Of a stretch of 64,000 bases of DNA, positions 8,511 to 17,873 are shown piece after piece (within the stretch, counting starts at the first letter, position 1; each line of letters opens with the position of its first letter). Made by a program: the position numbers and the translations under genes. The notes beneath the pieces were generated by a model, which did no database searches, had not been told where the DNA came from, and worked only from the letters and a program-made list of their open reading frames with translations. This stretch comes from an uncultured virus (IMG/VR IMGVR_UViG_3300005253_000213) (Duplodnaviria > Heunggongvirae > Uroviricota > Caudoviricetes): the IMG/VR virus record IMGVR_UViG_3300005253_000213; one strand, written 5' to 3'.

Positions 8511-9926
8511 ATGACCAAAAACGAACGGCTCGCACTAGCGCTAAGGAAGAAGGTACGGCGAACAGTTGCTCGGCGCTACAAGGCTGCATACGCATTCTAC
8601 GAGGTCTTCAAGGCTCGTTACTTCAAAGGGTTGCAGAATCTCACGCAGAGCTTGCCCGATATGCAGTACCAGCTGGAGGAAGCGACAACTCTACGCACTG
8701 CGATTGACGAACCTTGCAAGAAACAACAGCCTCAGCAGGCACTCAAAGCGCTGCGGCGCTTTTCCGGCTGCATAAGGCAGCTGCAGGAGTGGGCCGACCA
8801 CATGTGCAAGCGGATCAGTAAGGCGCACCTGGACTTCCGAACCTCGCTGGAGGGATTTCCACTTTTCCCGACCGTCGAGGGTTTCATGAAAGATCTCATT
8901 GCGATCGAGAGAGACTTCGTGAAGTGGACGTTCAAGGACGGCATCTTGCACGTTCGCACTGAACCCCTCACGCTGAAACACCCCCGCGAGAGTTTCGCGG
9001 TACGCTTCAATGAGTTCGACATCAACCTCCGGCTTGACCAGATAGCACAGGATGTCGATTCTCCGTACACGATCAGCGCACCAGATCCTATCCCTTTGCC
9101 ACGCAGCCGCGAGGATTTTATCCATCCGCACGTCAGTGGAAGTGTGCTTTGCGAAGGCGATGCACGTGAGGCGCTCAAGCAGACACTGGGCCGCGGACTT
9201 CTCTACGACTTCTTCATCGTCATCAACCAGACACTGGCTACCTACAACCCTGACTCACCGCATCTGAAACTTGCCTACTGGACAGAGGGCGAACACGAAG
9301 ACGGCATGGAGGAGGAGGAGCAGGATCCAGATACTCTGACCTGCGGCAGGTGTGGCTACCGTGGACATCACGACGAGCTCCATGCCTGCGAAGATTGCGG
9401 TGAAGCATACTGCGACGAGCACGTTCGTTGGTGCGAGACCGGTTCGCACGAGATCTGTGAGAATTGTCTCGATAGCCGGACACGGACCGATCGCGCATGC
9501 TGTAATGAAATTGGCAGTGACGACTGTCTGATCAGAACAAACGAAGAATGCAGTGACTGCGGTGATTCGTATTCTGACGGTGAATACGACACCTGCGAGT
9601 ATGACGAGGCAATCGTCCTTTGCAGAACCTGTGCAGAGCGGCGCATCAACGCCCCGGACGTACGAAGTGACTGCGCGACCTGCGAGGAGATAGGGCTGGA
9701 CGGTTGTCTGCTTGTCAGGTACGGATTGCCGCTGCTTGATCAGGTGGTTCCGGCAAGTTGCCAGGACTGTGACTATCCCACCTATCACGGATGCAAAATC
9801 GTACTGGGTGATGAAGATCCTCCCGAGGAGGAAAATGAGCAGGAATCGACGGAGAAGGAGGCGCAAGAGGATGACCGAGAAACAAGCAACCAGCCAGACT
9901 CCACCAAGCTCCAAATCTTCGAGTAA
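8511..9926 (+). CDS. Prokaryotic E2-like (UBC-fold) protein with Cys-rich zinc-binding C-terminus
   Basis: HPHVSGSVLCEG resembles the HPN/H...C active-site signature; many CxxC/CxxH pairs in an acidic C-terminal half; operon context. Confidence 0.7.
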   Translation: MTKNERLALALRKKVRRTVARRYKAAYAFYEVFKARYFKGLQNLTQSLPDMQYQLEEATTLRTAIDEPCKKQQPQQALKALRRFSGCIRQLQEWADHMCKRISKAHLDFRTSLEGFPLFPTVEGFMKDLIAIERDFVKWTFKDGILHVRTEPLTLKHPRESFAVRFNEFDINLRLDQIAQDVDSPYTISAPDPIPLPRSREDFIHPHVSGSVLCEGDAREALKQTLGRGLLYDFFIVINQTLATYNPDSPHLKLAYWTEGEHEDGMEEEEQDPDTLTCGRCGYRGHHDELHACEDCGEAYCDEHVRWCETGSHEICENCLDSRTRTDRACCNEIGSDDCLIRTNEECSDCGDSYSDGEYDTCEYDEAIVLCRTCAERRINAPDVRSDCATCEEIGLDGCLLVRYGLPLLDQVVPASCQDCDYPTYHGCKIVLGDEDPPEEENEQESTEKEAQEDDRETSNQPDSTKLQIFE

Positions 9927-11100
9927 GGCGAAGAAGCCCGCGGAGAAGCTGGTACGGATCCAGAAGACGCCGAAGAAGCAGTCGGTCGATCTGACCAGGA
10001 AGCGGAAGGTGGGTGTGCTTCGATTCGCACCCAACGCGTGGGCCAAGCTCCTCTGGTTCCGCGATCGGGGACCGACTGAGATCGCCGGCTTCGGTGTGAG
10101 CCGGGCGAACGATCCACTGTACGTCGAAAAGTTCATCACCATACCGCAGGAAGCGGACGTAGCTACGTTCGAATTCGAGGATGATGCTACGAACGACTAC
10201 TTGACGGACATGGTCAAGGCTGGCCATCAGCCAGCGGAATGCTTCCGTATCTGGCTGCATTCACATCCAGGTAGCGGCAAGCATATTGAACCCAGCGGCC
10301 ACGATGAGGAAGTTTTCGAGCGCTGCTTTGGTGGATGTGACTGGAGTATCATGTTCATCATCAATGGCTCGGATACCTACGCACGGCTCCGACTGAGTGC
10401 ATCCAAAGGACAGATCGCTATGTCCTGCAAGCTCGATGTCGAGAGAGACTACTCCGGTGAATTCAGAGGAGTCACCGAGAAAGACATCGAGGCGTGGGAG
10501 GACGAGTATGTTCGAAACATCAGCGTGTCCAACTGGGTCAATGCGGCAGCAGCCGGCNNNNNNNNNNNNNNNNNNNNNNNNNNNNNNNNNNNNNNNNNNN
10601 NNNNNNNNNNNNNNNNNNNNNNNNNNNNNNNNNNNNNNNNCATTCCCGACGGTTTCTGGCGCGGGCACAACTGGGGCGTCGATCCGGCAGACGATTGGGG
10701 CGCCGAGCTGGCAGACGATCGACGGGTAGATGAGCATTTCCTTACGCCCGACGAGACTGCCAAGGACGATGCCGACGTAATGGCCAATGTACTCGGTACT
10801 GAAACGATCATTTCGATCGGCAATATCGATAATACTCGCAGGATCATTCATACCAACAACTTCTGGGCGACCTATCCACTAACTGCGCCGCTCAGGGTCA
10901 GCGAAGGCCAACCCATCGAGAGATTTCGAGACATCTCTGAAGAGCCGCCGGAGCAGTGGGGCGAAATTACCTGGGGCGGTAAAGAGGGCGCTGATCCAAT
11001 CGTGACCAGCATCTACACTGCCGGCCAGTTGGTTCAGGTTGACGCTGGCCTGGAGCTCGCTTCGTCACCCGAGCCGCTGACGCAGCTGGAAAGCCCGTAG
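9871..11100 (+). CDS. JAB/JAMM (MPN+) metalloisopeptidase; spans an N gap
   Basis: TEIAGFG (catalytic E) and WLHSHPG...PSGHD (HxH..S..D); frame across 10558-10640 unverified. Confidence 0.8.
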   Translation: MTEKQATSQTPPSSKSSSKAKKPAEKLVRIQKTPKKQSVDLTRKRKVGVLRFAPNAWAKLLWFRDRGPTEIAGFGVSRANDPLYVEKFITIPQEADVATFEFEDDATNDYLTDMVKAGHQPAECFRIWLHSHPGSGKHIEPSGHDEEVFERCFGGCDWSIMFIINGSDTYARLRLSASKGQIAMSCKLDVERDYSGEFRGVTEKDIEAWEDEYVRNISVSNWVNAAAAGXXXXXXXXXXXXXXXXXXXXXXXXXXXXIPDGFWRGHNWGVDPADDWGAELADDRRVDEHFLTPDETAKDDADVMANVLGTETIISIGNIDNTRRIIHTNNFWATYPLTAPLRVSEGQPIERFRDISEEPPEQWGEITWGGKEGADPIVTSIYTAGQLVQVDAGLELASSPEPLTQLESP

Positions 11101-11790
11101 ATGGATCTGGCAGATCGCAACATCCGACAGCGCGATATCGTACCGCCTGACAAGCTGGCAAAGATCGTTGCGTTGATCGTCGGCGTTGGTGCGGTCGGAC
11201 GGCAGCTTGCGCTGCAGCTCGTGACCATGGGCGTCCCAAATCTGCATCTCGTCGATCCACAGGACGTGGATGTCGAGAATTTGGGCGCTCAGGGTTTTCG
11301 CGAGAAGGATCTGGGCAGGAAGAAAGTTGATGCAGTTGCCACGGCTATGGCCGAGATCAACTCGAACAGTTCCGTACGTCTGCATGCTGCACGCTTTCAG
11401 AGGGAGCACATTCCAGATCTCGATGAGGATGGGAAGATTGTCGTCTGCTCGTGTGTCGACGACATGAATGCTCGTCGCACGATCTGGCGGGCGGCCAAGC
11501 TCTCGCATCTCTTTATGGACAGTCGCATGGGCGCTGAAGTTGCCAGGGTCATCACTGTGGCCGACAGTAAAGGCGAGCAGTACTATCCCAAGACACTCTT
11601 CAGCCAGTCCGAGATGTACCAGGAGCCGTGTACGGCGAAGACGACGATCTACTGTGCCAGCATCCAGGCCGGTATGATGGCGGCACAGTTCACGAAGTGG
11701 CTTCGGGGCTTTCCCGTGAGCATGGATATGGTGTTCAACATCCTGAGCGGTGACATAACCCATGACCTCGTTGAAGCTATCTCCGTCTAG
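11101..11790 (+). CDS. ThiF/MoeB/E1-like adenylating enzyme
   Basis: GVGAVG, DPQDVDVENLGAQ, KKVDA, CVDDMNARR, DSRMG, EPCTAK (candidate catalytic Cys). Confidence 0.9.
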   Translation: MDLADRNIRQRDIVPPDKLAKIVALIVGVGAVGRQLALQLVTMGVPNLHLVDPQDVDVENLGAQGFREKDLGRKKVDAVATAMAEINSNSSVRLHAARFQREHIPDLDEDGKIVVCSCVDDMNARRTIWRAAKLSHLFMDSRMGAEVARVITVADSKGEQYYPKTLFSQSEMYQEPCTAKTTIYCASIQAGMMAAQFTKWLRGFPVSMDMVFNILSGDITHDLVEAISV

Positions 11791-12415
11791 CTTGAATGAG
11801 TTCCTCGTGGCACAGAAGATTCTGCCGGGTCAATGGGATCTTCTGCTGTTCGGGGACGGCTCAGGGCTGAAGTGGGAAACTGGCGGAGGGTTTGCGTGCT
11901 TCCTTATGGATGGGCGCACCCTCCGTCGGGATCTCATTATCGGCGGGCAGACGCGCACCACCGTGAGTCGGATGGAGCTGGGAGTCTACACTGAAGCGAT
12001 CGCCTACCACTTCTATCGGTTGCTCGATCGTGTAGTGACGAATGCGCCGTATCGTGTCTGGATCTTCAGCGACTCCGAACTCACAGTGAAGTGCGGCAAC
12101 AAAGAATACCACAGGAAGACGAACGTTGATCTCTGGCAGTCGTTCGACATATGGGAGGAGCGTGGCTATCTATTCCGGTTCCGCTGGGTGCCGCGCAACA
12201 GTACGCCGTTCCATGAACTGGCCGATAGGTTGGCCGGCAAGGCGCGCGTGGCGCTCACTGCGCTGCAGTTGCCGGCCGAACAGCTCTACACGTACATGCC
12301 GTACACCGAGGAGAAAGTAGGCCAAACGGCGGCATTGCCCCAGTGTTCGAAGTGTCGAACGCCGAAACTACCAACAGACAAACAGTGTCCGATCTGCGGA
12401 CACGCGGAGAAGTAA
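11762..12415 (+). CDS. Ribonuclease HI-like protein with C-terminal zinc ribbon
   Basis: FGDGSG, TVSRMEL, IFSDSE, NVDLW, FRWVPR, ELADRLA. Confidence 0.85.
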   Translation: MTSLKLSPSSLNEFLVAQKILPGQWDLLLFGDGSGLKWETGGGFACFLMDGRTLRRDLIIGGQTRTTVSRMELGVYTEAIAYHFYRLLDRVVTNAPYRVWIFSDSELTVKCGNKEYHRKTNVDLWQSFDIWEERGYLFRFRWVPRNSTPFHELADRLAGKARVALTALQLPAEQLYTYMPYTEEKVGQTAALPQCSKCRTPKLPTDKQCPICGHAEK

Positions 12416-12639
12416 TGGACAACTACATCATTCGTGAAGGCGATATACTTGGGCGCACTGATGGCAAGCCACCGTTTCACGTACACGAAATCACGCGTAC
12501 TCAAATCACGTTCTCCGTGCGAGATGTACGACGAACTGTATCACGCGAACGATTCCGCTATTGGCTTTGGCACGGCGGCTTGTTTCTTTTAGAGCGCGCT
12601 TCCTGATTGGAGCGCCTACGTGCCGCGAGAGGAGGAGTG

Positions 12640-13122
12640 ATGGCAGGCAAACACAGAGTTCTGATCATCGTTTCGGGCGGTCTCGTGCAGGAGATCTACA
12701 CCACTGATCCTGAAGCGGTGAACATCGTCCTCATCGACTGGGATAACATCAAGGAAGGTGACGTTACCGCGTCGCCGTGGGTGGACTATGGTTCGACGAT
12801 AATGCCCAGTAATCAAATCGATGATATGCTCCAGGAGGCGGAAAAGGAGCACGCCAGGCTGAGGACGTGCGAGTACTGCGGTCGGGCAATGGTCAAGGAC
12901 GGCGAGATCATCCATGACGAATCGAAGTGTCCCAAGAAGTACTGGCTGCGGAACGACGTCCAGTTTCCGCGGCTCCTTGCCGAGATCAACGCGGTCGGAC
13001 TCACCGATTCGCAGGTAATGGCGCTCGGGCATTCTATGGACCTCGACTCGGAACAGATCGGAGAGCTTCTAGGCCGTGCTGAGAAGAGCTTCGAGCCGTG
13101 GAAGAAGAAGGTGGTACTCTAG
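12640..13122 (+). CDS. Hypothetical protein
   Basis: GGAGGAG RBS; IIVSGGLVQEI...LIDWDN N-terminus. Confidence 0.6.
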   Translation: MAGKHRVLIIVSGGLVQEIYTTDPEAVNIVLIDWDNIKEGDVTASPWVDYGSTIMPSNQIDDMLQEAEKEHARLRTCEYCGRAMVKDGEIIHDESKCPKKYWLRNDVQFPRLLAEINAVGLTDSQVMALGHSMDLDSEQIGELLGRAEKSFEPWKKKVVL

Positions 13123-13123
13123 T

Positions 13124-13390
13124 ATGCCGCGAGTTCAAATAACGTCTGCGCATATCGCACATGCAGATGCCGGCGTTCGTGACGAGATGCGCAGGCAGAT
13201 ACAGGAGAAGGGCGACTTGAGCTTCTGCTCCTCTCATGAGTCGCTTGGCGTAATTGGCGAGGAACACAAGGAGCTCGGGGATGCGATCCAGGCGAACGAT
13301 CGCGAGCAGATCAAGAAGGAGTTGCGTGACATCGTTGTAGCCGCAACTTGGGCACTGGCCAGCGAAACAGCTGGTGGATGGGACTGGTGA
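13124..13390 (+). CDS. MazG-like all-alpha NTP pyrophosphohydrolase
   Basis: HESLGVIGEEHKEL...KELRDIV (EExxE / ExxD pattern). Confidence 0.6.
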   Translation: MPRVQITSAHIAHADAGVRDEMRRQIQEKGDLSFCSSHESLGVIGEEHKELGDAIQANDREQIKKELRDIVVAATWALASETAGGWDW

Positions 13391-13485
13391 TGATCACATT
13401 CTTCATCGACATGGACGGCGTGCTCGCAGATTTCGTGGAGAGCGCCGTCGAACTCGTGAGTGGACTCCACTGCGATGTTAGGTAG
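13390..13485 (+). pseudogene. Truncated HAD-family 5'-nucleotidase fragment (31 aa)
   Basis: MITFFIDMDGVLADFVES... then TAG; start coupled to the upstream TGA; no further HAD motifs seen downstream. Confidence 0.6.
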
Positions 13486-13900
13486 CCCGGTCTGGTGGGG
13501 ACAGTTGGTTCGATCGACGGCGATCAACCAGGCTGATCTGATGCGTGAAGTCATGCAGGAGTGGCTCGATACGGTTGCGATCGAGAACATGCGGTTCATC
13601 TGGGCGGTAAGCTCCACAACGCCCACTGCGCTCAGTATGCAGACGAGCGTTGTGCCGCTCAGTCTCGATGGACTTCTGGAGAAGATCCAGCCGCTTTTGG
13701 GTGATACGGAGTTCATGATCTTCGCTGAGATGGTGGATGGTGATGTCTTCAACAGGGGATACGTCAACTATCATCTGGTGTCACGGTATTGCATCGGACA
13801 CTATTCCGGTGACGAGATCGCAAAGCGGGCCGAACGTACAGTGCTCCACCTGCACGAAGATCTCCAGAAAGAACTTGACGCCGGTGGGGGTTCCGCCTAA
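13460..13900 (+). CDS. Hypothetical protein
   Basis: 146-aa co-oriented ORF. Confidence 0.5.
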   Translation: MDSTAMLGSPVWWGQLVRSTAINQADLMREVMQEWLDTVAIENMRFIWAVSSTTPTALSMQTSVVPLSLDGLLEKIQPLLGDTEFMIFAEMVDGDVFNRGYVNYHLVSRYCIGHYSGDEIAKRAERTVLHLHEDLQKELDAGGGSA

Positions 13901-13903
13901 AGT
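13875..13903 (+). promoter_or_regulatory. Sigma70-like promoter upstream of the HUH gene
   Basis: TTGACG-17 nt-TAAAGT. Confidence 0.5.
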
Positions 13904-13960
13904 TGGCGTTCACGGGCAACGCGGACACACTATAGCCCGTGTGCGGAGTCTCAAAACAAC

Positions 13961-14461
13961 ATGGTGCTAGATTCCCTGATTGGCGACAATGTCGCCAGCG
14001 CCTGGGGCCGGTTCCTACATCGGTTTCCATGGCGCTGGTACTGTCATCTCACGTTCAGACAGAACGTCTCTGTCGAACACGCCAGGCGCACCTTCCGCTT
14101 CTGGCTGCATCACAGGAACAAAGAGCAGTTCGGCTGCAACTACGCCAGGCGGGGGCGCCTCGGTATTCGCCACGCTGTTGGCTTGGAGTGGCAGTACCGA
14201 GGCGCGCCGCATTTCCACGCGTTGCTCATCGAATGCGATCGTCTATTCATCAAATCCGGAACCGAGGAGTGGAATAAGCTTGCAGGCGACGCACTCATCC
14301 AGGAGTTCGATCGCCGTCAAGGAGGAGCCTTCTACCTCGCGAAGGTCTACGGACCTGACGGGCGTGGGGAGCTGGACCTCGGCGGCGAGTGGTGTACATC
14401 CGATCGTTTCAAACTCAGCGCAATCGGCCGACGGGCAGACACACAGTGTCGCCTCGGTTGA
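13961..14461 (+). CDS. HUH endonuclease / rolling-circle Rep-like protein
   Basis: Motif 1 HLTF, motif 2 PHFHALL, motif 3 FYLAK. Confidence 0.7.
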   Translation: MVLDSLIGDNVASAWGRFLHRFPWRWYCHLTFRQNVSVEHARRTFRFWLHHRNKEQFGCNYARRGRLGIRHAVGLEWQYRGAPHFHALLIECDRLFIKSGTEEWNKLAGDALIQEFDRRQGGAFYLAKVYGPDGRGELDLGGEWCTSDRFKLSAIGRRADTQCRLG

Positions 14462-14529
14462 ATCCGTAAGGTCGGCGCGGAGTCTACAGCTTTGCCAAGC
14501 GCGAGCTAGGCAGTAGCTTGGACACCGAT

Positions 14530-14558
14530 TTGCCTGCATCAAGCAGAGGGCGTACAAT
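14530..14558 (+). promoter_or_regulatory. Sigma70-like promoter
   Basis: TTGCCT-17 nt-TACAAT followed by GGGAGG RBS and ATG 14582. Confidence 0.65.
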
Positions 14559-14581
14559 GCCGAAAGAAAGGGAGGCTGACT

Positions 14582-14971
14582 ATGTCCGAGAATCATGAGT
14601 CGTGCAAGGCAGAAGGGAAAGAGGCTGTCGGCAAGGTCGTTGCCGTTATCCAGAACAACCATGCCGCCAGCTGTGGTGAGCCGCCGAATTACAACTCGAA
14701 CGATTTCGAGTACTTCAGTGTGTTCCAGAACAACTACGGCGAGCAGATGGTCTTCATGCGCGAGAAGCAGGAAGACGGCTTAGGCGAGTGCCACGTCCGT
14801 TTGGGCGACAACCAGTGGACGAACATGAGCACGGTGGTGGACGGCAAAGCCGTGGGACTGATCGTGAACGGTCCCGAGGCAATGTTCATCAAAGCCTGCT
14901 GGGACGCCGCAACCCACTTCGATCATCTTCGGAGGGAAGACAAGAGAAAGAAGGAAGCCAATCAGCCGTGA
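14582..14971 (+). CDS. Hypothetical protein
   Basis: Strong RBS; FQNNYGEQMVF motif. Confidence 0.65.
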   Translation: MSENHESCKAEGKEAVGKVVAVIQNNHAASCGEPPNYNSNDFEYFSVFQNNYGEQMVFMREKQEDGLGECHVRLGDNQWTNMSTVVDGKAVGLIVNGPEAMFIKACWDAATHFDHLRREDKRKKEANQP

Positions 14972-15369
14972 AGAAGAAGAAGGCAAAGAAGAAGTCACTA
15001 CAGCGGCACCGAAAGGGTGACGGCAGACTCATCCGCGATTATGGCGGCGATAGCAAGGGCAAGTACGTACCGAGAGTAGGCTCGACAGTCGGCAGCTGTA
15101 ATACTTGCGGCAAGAAAGTGTGTTTACTCAAGAAAGCCTGGGCGCGACGAACACGTCCGACTTGCCCACACTGTGGAGGACTGCTTACTCCCAGCGGGCA
15201 GGCGCAGCAGGAGCATACTAGGCTGCGATCAATGCCTGTAGAAAGCGTGGAGGTCAGGCGCTGTACGAACTGCAACGCCAAGCTGCGCGTAGGAAACGAC
15301 AGCGAGCTCTGTTCACCGTGTACTCGGAATCCTGGGTGGTGCAAGAAGAAGGCGAAGGTATCGCCGTAA
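14968..15369 (+). CDS. Lys-rich zinc-finger protein
   Basis: GTG overlapping upstream stop; four CxxC pairs. Confidence 0.55.
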   Translation: MKKKKAKKKSLQRHRKGDGRLIRDYGGDSKGKYVPRVGSTVGSCNTCGKKVCLLKKAWARRTRPTCPHCGGLLTPSGQAQQEHTRLRSMPVESVEVRRCTNCNAKLRVGNDSELCSPCTRNPGWCKKKAKVSP

Positions 15370-15663
15370 GGAGGACGCATGCGAAACAGAGTCTCCGACG
15401 CGCTTTTCAGACCCTTTGAGGTTCTGCGCGTCGTCGTCAAGTACATGCTGACGCGCATTTGTCTCTTGCGCGATAAGCAGTTCTGCAAGCGATGCGGAAT
15501 TGACCAGGTAGTCGTGTGGACCGTGCCGGACGCGATGTGGGCGCGTGTTGGGAAACGATACGTGGATAGGTGTCTCTGCCTGGAATGTTACGCTCGCGTG
15601 GTAGGTGATATGACCGGCTTAGACGTAATGGGCGCTGTCCAATACTAGGAGGGAGGGGGGATA

Positions 15664-16188
15664 ATGGGGGTATTACCGAGCAATCAGGTAGCGGCGAGCA
15701 TCCGAGGAACAGACGGAAGCGACGGGTTTCCCAACGTGGCGGGGCACGAGAACCCGGACGCCATACTGATCGCGGAGTTGGAGGCTGCGGGGATTTGCCA
15801 CTACTCTGCTGAATGGCTTCGGAAAGACAAGAGCGAAGTGAAGGCCGGGGTACGGGGGATGCTTGACCCGAGCGGGTGGGGATTCCACCGGGCATGGTAC
15901 TACTGGGTTGCGGACGGTCCAGGCATTCCGCCCGAAGACGCTCAGAAGCTGTACGACGAGTTCGGTGCGGAGGTCAGAATACAGGGGCACTGCGGTTGCC
16001 CCGGTCCTGGGTACTGCATGGGCTTCGCTGTCGGCAGCTATCATGCGGACACGCCACGAGGCTTGAAGGCGCTCGCGGATACAATCAAAGGCATCCTGGC
16101 GAGGAACGGCCACGAGGTGGTGCCACTACCGGTAACCGCGTCCATGGAGTCTGGGCGGCAAGAAGAAGGGACGGATGATGGCGGGTGA
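15664..16188 (+). CDS. Hypothetical phage protein
   Basis: RBS; WGFHRAWYYWVADG motif. Confidence 0.6.
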   Translation: MGVLPSNQVAASIRGTDGSDGFPNVAGHENPDAILIAELEAAGICHYSAEWLRKDKSEVKAGVRGMLDPSGWGFHRAWYYWVADGPGIPPEDAQKLYDEFGAEVRIQGHCGCPGPGYCMGFAVGSYHADTPRGLKALADTIKGILARNGHEVVPLPVTASMESGRQEEGTDDGG

Positions 16189-16939
16189 GAAGAAGCTGAT
16201 CGAAGTCGACCTCGAAAACGTACGCGGAGAAGACGGTTTGGTAGACTGCCCCCTGTTCGAGCCTGACCGGGACTATGACGGCGAGCCGACCGGCACCGGA
16301 GACTGCCGCCTGCCTGAAGAGACGCGCTGTCCGGACCGCGGCCCAAGAGGTGGTTGGAGGACCGGTGCTCCGAAGAATTGTTGGCTGCGTTACGGGGTAG
16401 TACAGATCGCCGCAAAGCCGGTTGAAGAGGAGGAGTAATGGCGAAGTTCCCGCCAGATGAGAACGATATGGCGAAGGCGTACAATACGATTGCCGAGGCG
16501 GCGCGGTTCCTCGACGAGGTCGTGTTCATAGGTAGTAGCAGGGTAAGCGAGCAGTTATCCAAAGCCTGCCCCATCTGCGGGTGCTCGAAAGACTATGGGC
16601 ACAGCGAGAAGTGTGAGCTGCGCAAGATGGTCTCGGAATCATCGCTGCTTGGGACAGACCTCCGCTCCGCGCTCAGCACCTTTGCGATCATGGAGTCAAT
16701 TCTCGTGGAGCAGCGGTCGGAAGACAAGGAGGGTGAATGATGGCGGAGGCTTACGCGAGGCTGGTGGTTGAGGATGATGGCAGCGGCACGTGGCCTTGGA
16801 CGCTATATCTTCACACGGATCTCCACGACGAAGGTCTCAATGAGGTGTTTCTGGAATACTTTGAGACGCGCGAGAAGGCCGTGGACGCCGCGAAGGAGCT
16901 GGCGAGCAGGATGGGCGGGATCAAGGTACAGGTGAAGAA

Positions 16940-17386
16940 ATGACAGCACAGGGGAGTCGCCAATTGTGCTGGCAGAAGAAGACCGCGGCAGCAGGCCGCT
17001 GCCGGATATGCGGGAAGCTGCGAGCCAAGGGTAGGCGGCAGTCAAGGTGCTTGGCTTGCTCGAAGAAGCAAGAGGCCATGCGCGACCGCCGGCGGGTGCG
17101 GTTGATGAAGCAGGGGCTCTGCACGAGTTGCGGCAAGCGGAAGATCGCGAATTCGCTGGTGCGGTACTGCTCACGCTGTCGAGACGTCATCGTGGCCTCG
17201 ACTCGCAGACTGCGCAAGAAACGGAAGGCCGCGGGACTCTGTCAGCGCTGTGGGAAGCGGCCGAGGCACCCGTCTTCAAAGAGCTCCTGTCTGAAGTGTC
17301 TTGTGAGAGACAGGGTGCGGCAGCAGACTCGTCAGGGGTATGGTCCGTATCGCAAAGGCAGCCGCGGCAGGCCGCCGTTGAAATAG
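16940..17386 (+). CDS. Arg/Cys-rich repeat zinc-finger protein
   Basis: Three GxCxxCGK...CxxC units. Confidence 0.6.
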   Translation: MTAQGSRQLCWQKKTAAAGRCRICGKLRAKGRRQSRCLACSKKQEAMRDRRRVRLMKQGLCTSCGKRKIANSLVRYCSRCRDVIVASTRRLRKKRKAAGLCQRCGKRPRHPSSKSSCLKCLVRDRVRQQTRQGYGPYRKGSRGRPPLK

Positions 17387-17873
17387 GGTGAATCAGATGC
17401 CCGGCATACATTCAGTCAAAGGACGTTGCCACGCCTGTGGGCATGCGCGAGTCATGCCGAGAACCGAGCTGTGCGGCCTGTGCCTGTCACGAAAGCAGGA
17501 GGCGGTGCTGCGCCTGATCGAGCTGCGGCGTTGCTGGCTGAACCGCGATAATGGTCCTATGCATCAGTGCACGACGTCGCTTGCCTCCCTGCAGAGAAAA
17601 CGCTCTGATTATTCACCGAGGATTACAGCCGAGGACGTGGGTAGAGAGAAATTGCAGTGCTCCGTATGTGGCGAGTCGCACTTGCGCGTTCTATGCCCAA
17701 GGGAGCATATTCGATTCCCAGCGCCACACAACCAGAGGCCGGCTGCACTAGGAATCGACAAGCTCGATGACCCCGAGGCGGCTGCCGCCTTCTGGCGGTA
17801 CCTGTATGAGCTTGGCTACGTTGACTGAGGGTACGTACGGATTTGATTCTACGCCGCGGTAGAAAGTGAGTCT

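Noticed and set aside
8211..11790. ThiS/ThiF sulfur-relay (cofactor biosynthesis) interpretation
   Set aside because: No ThiG, MoaE or cysteine-synthase partner is present, and the E2-like and JAB genes favour protein conjugation. It remains a formal alternative.
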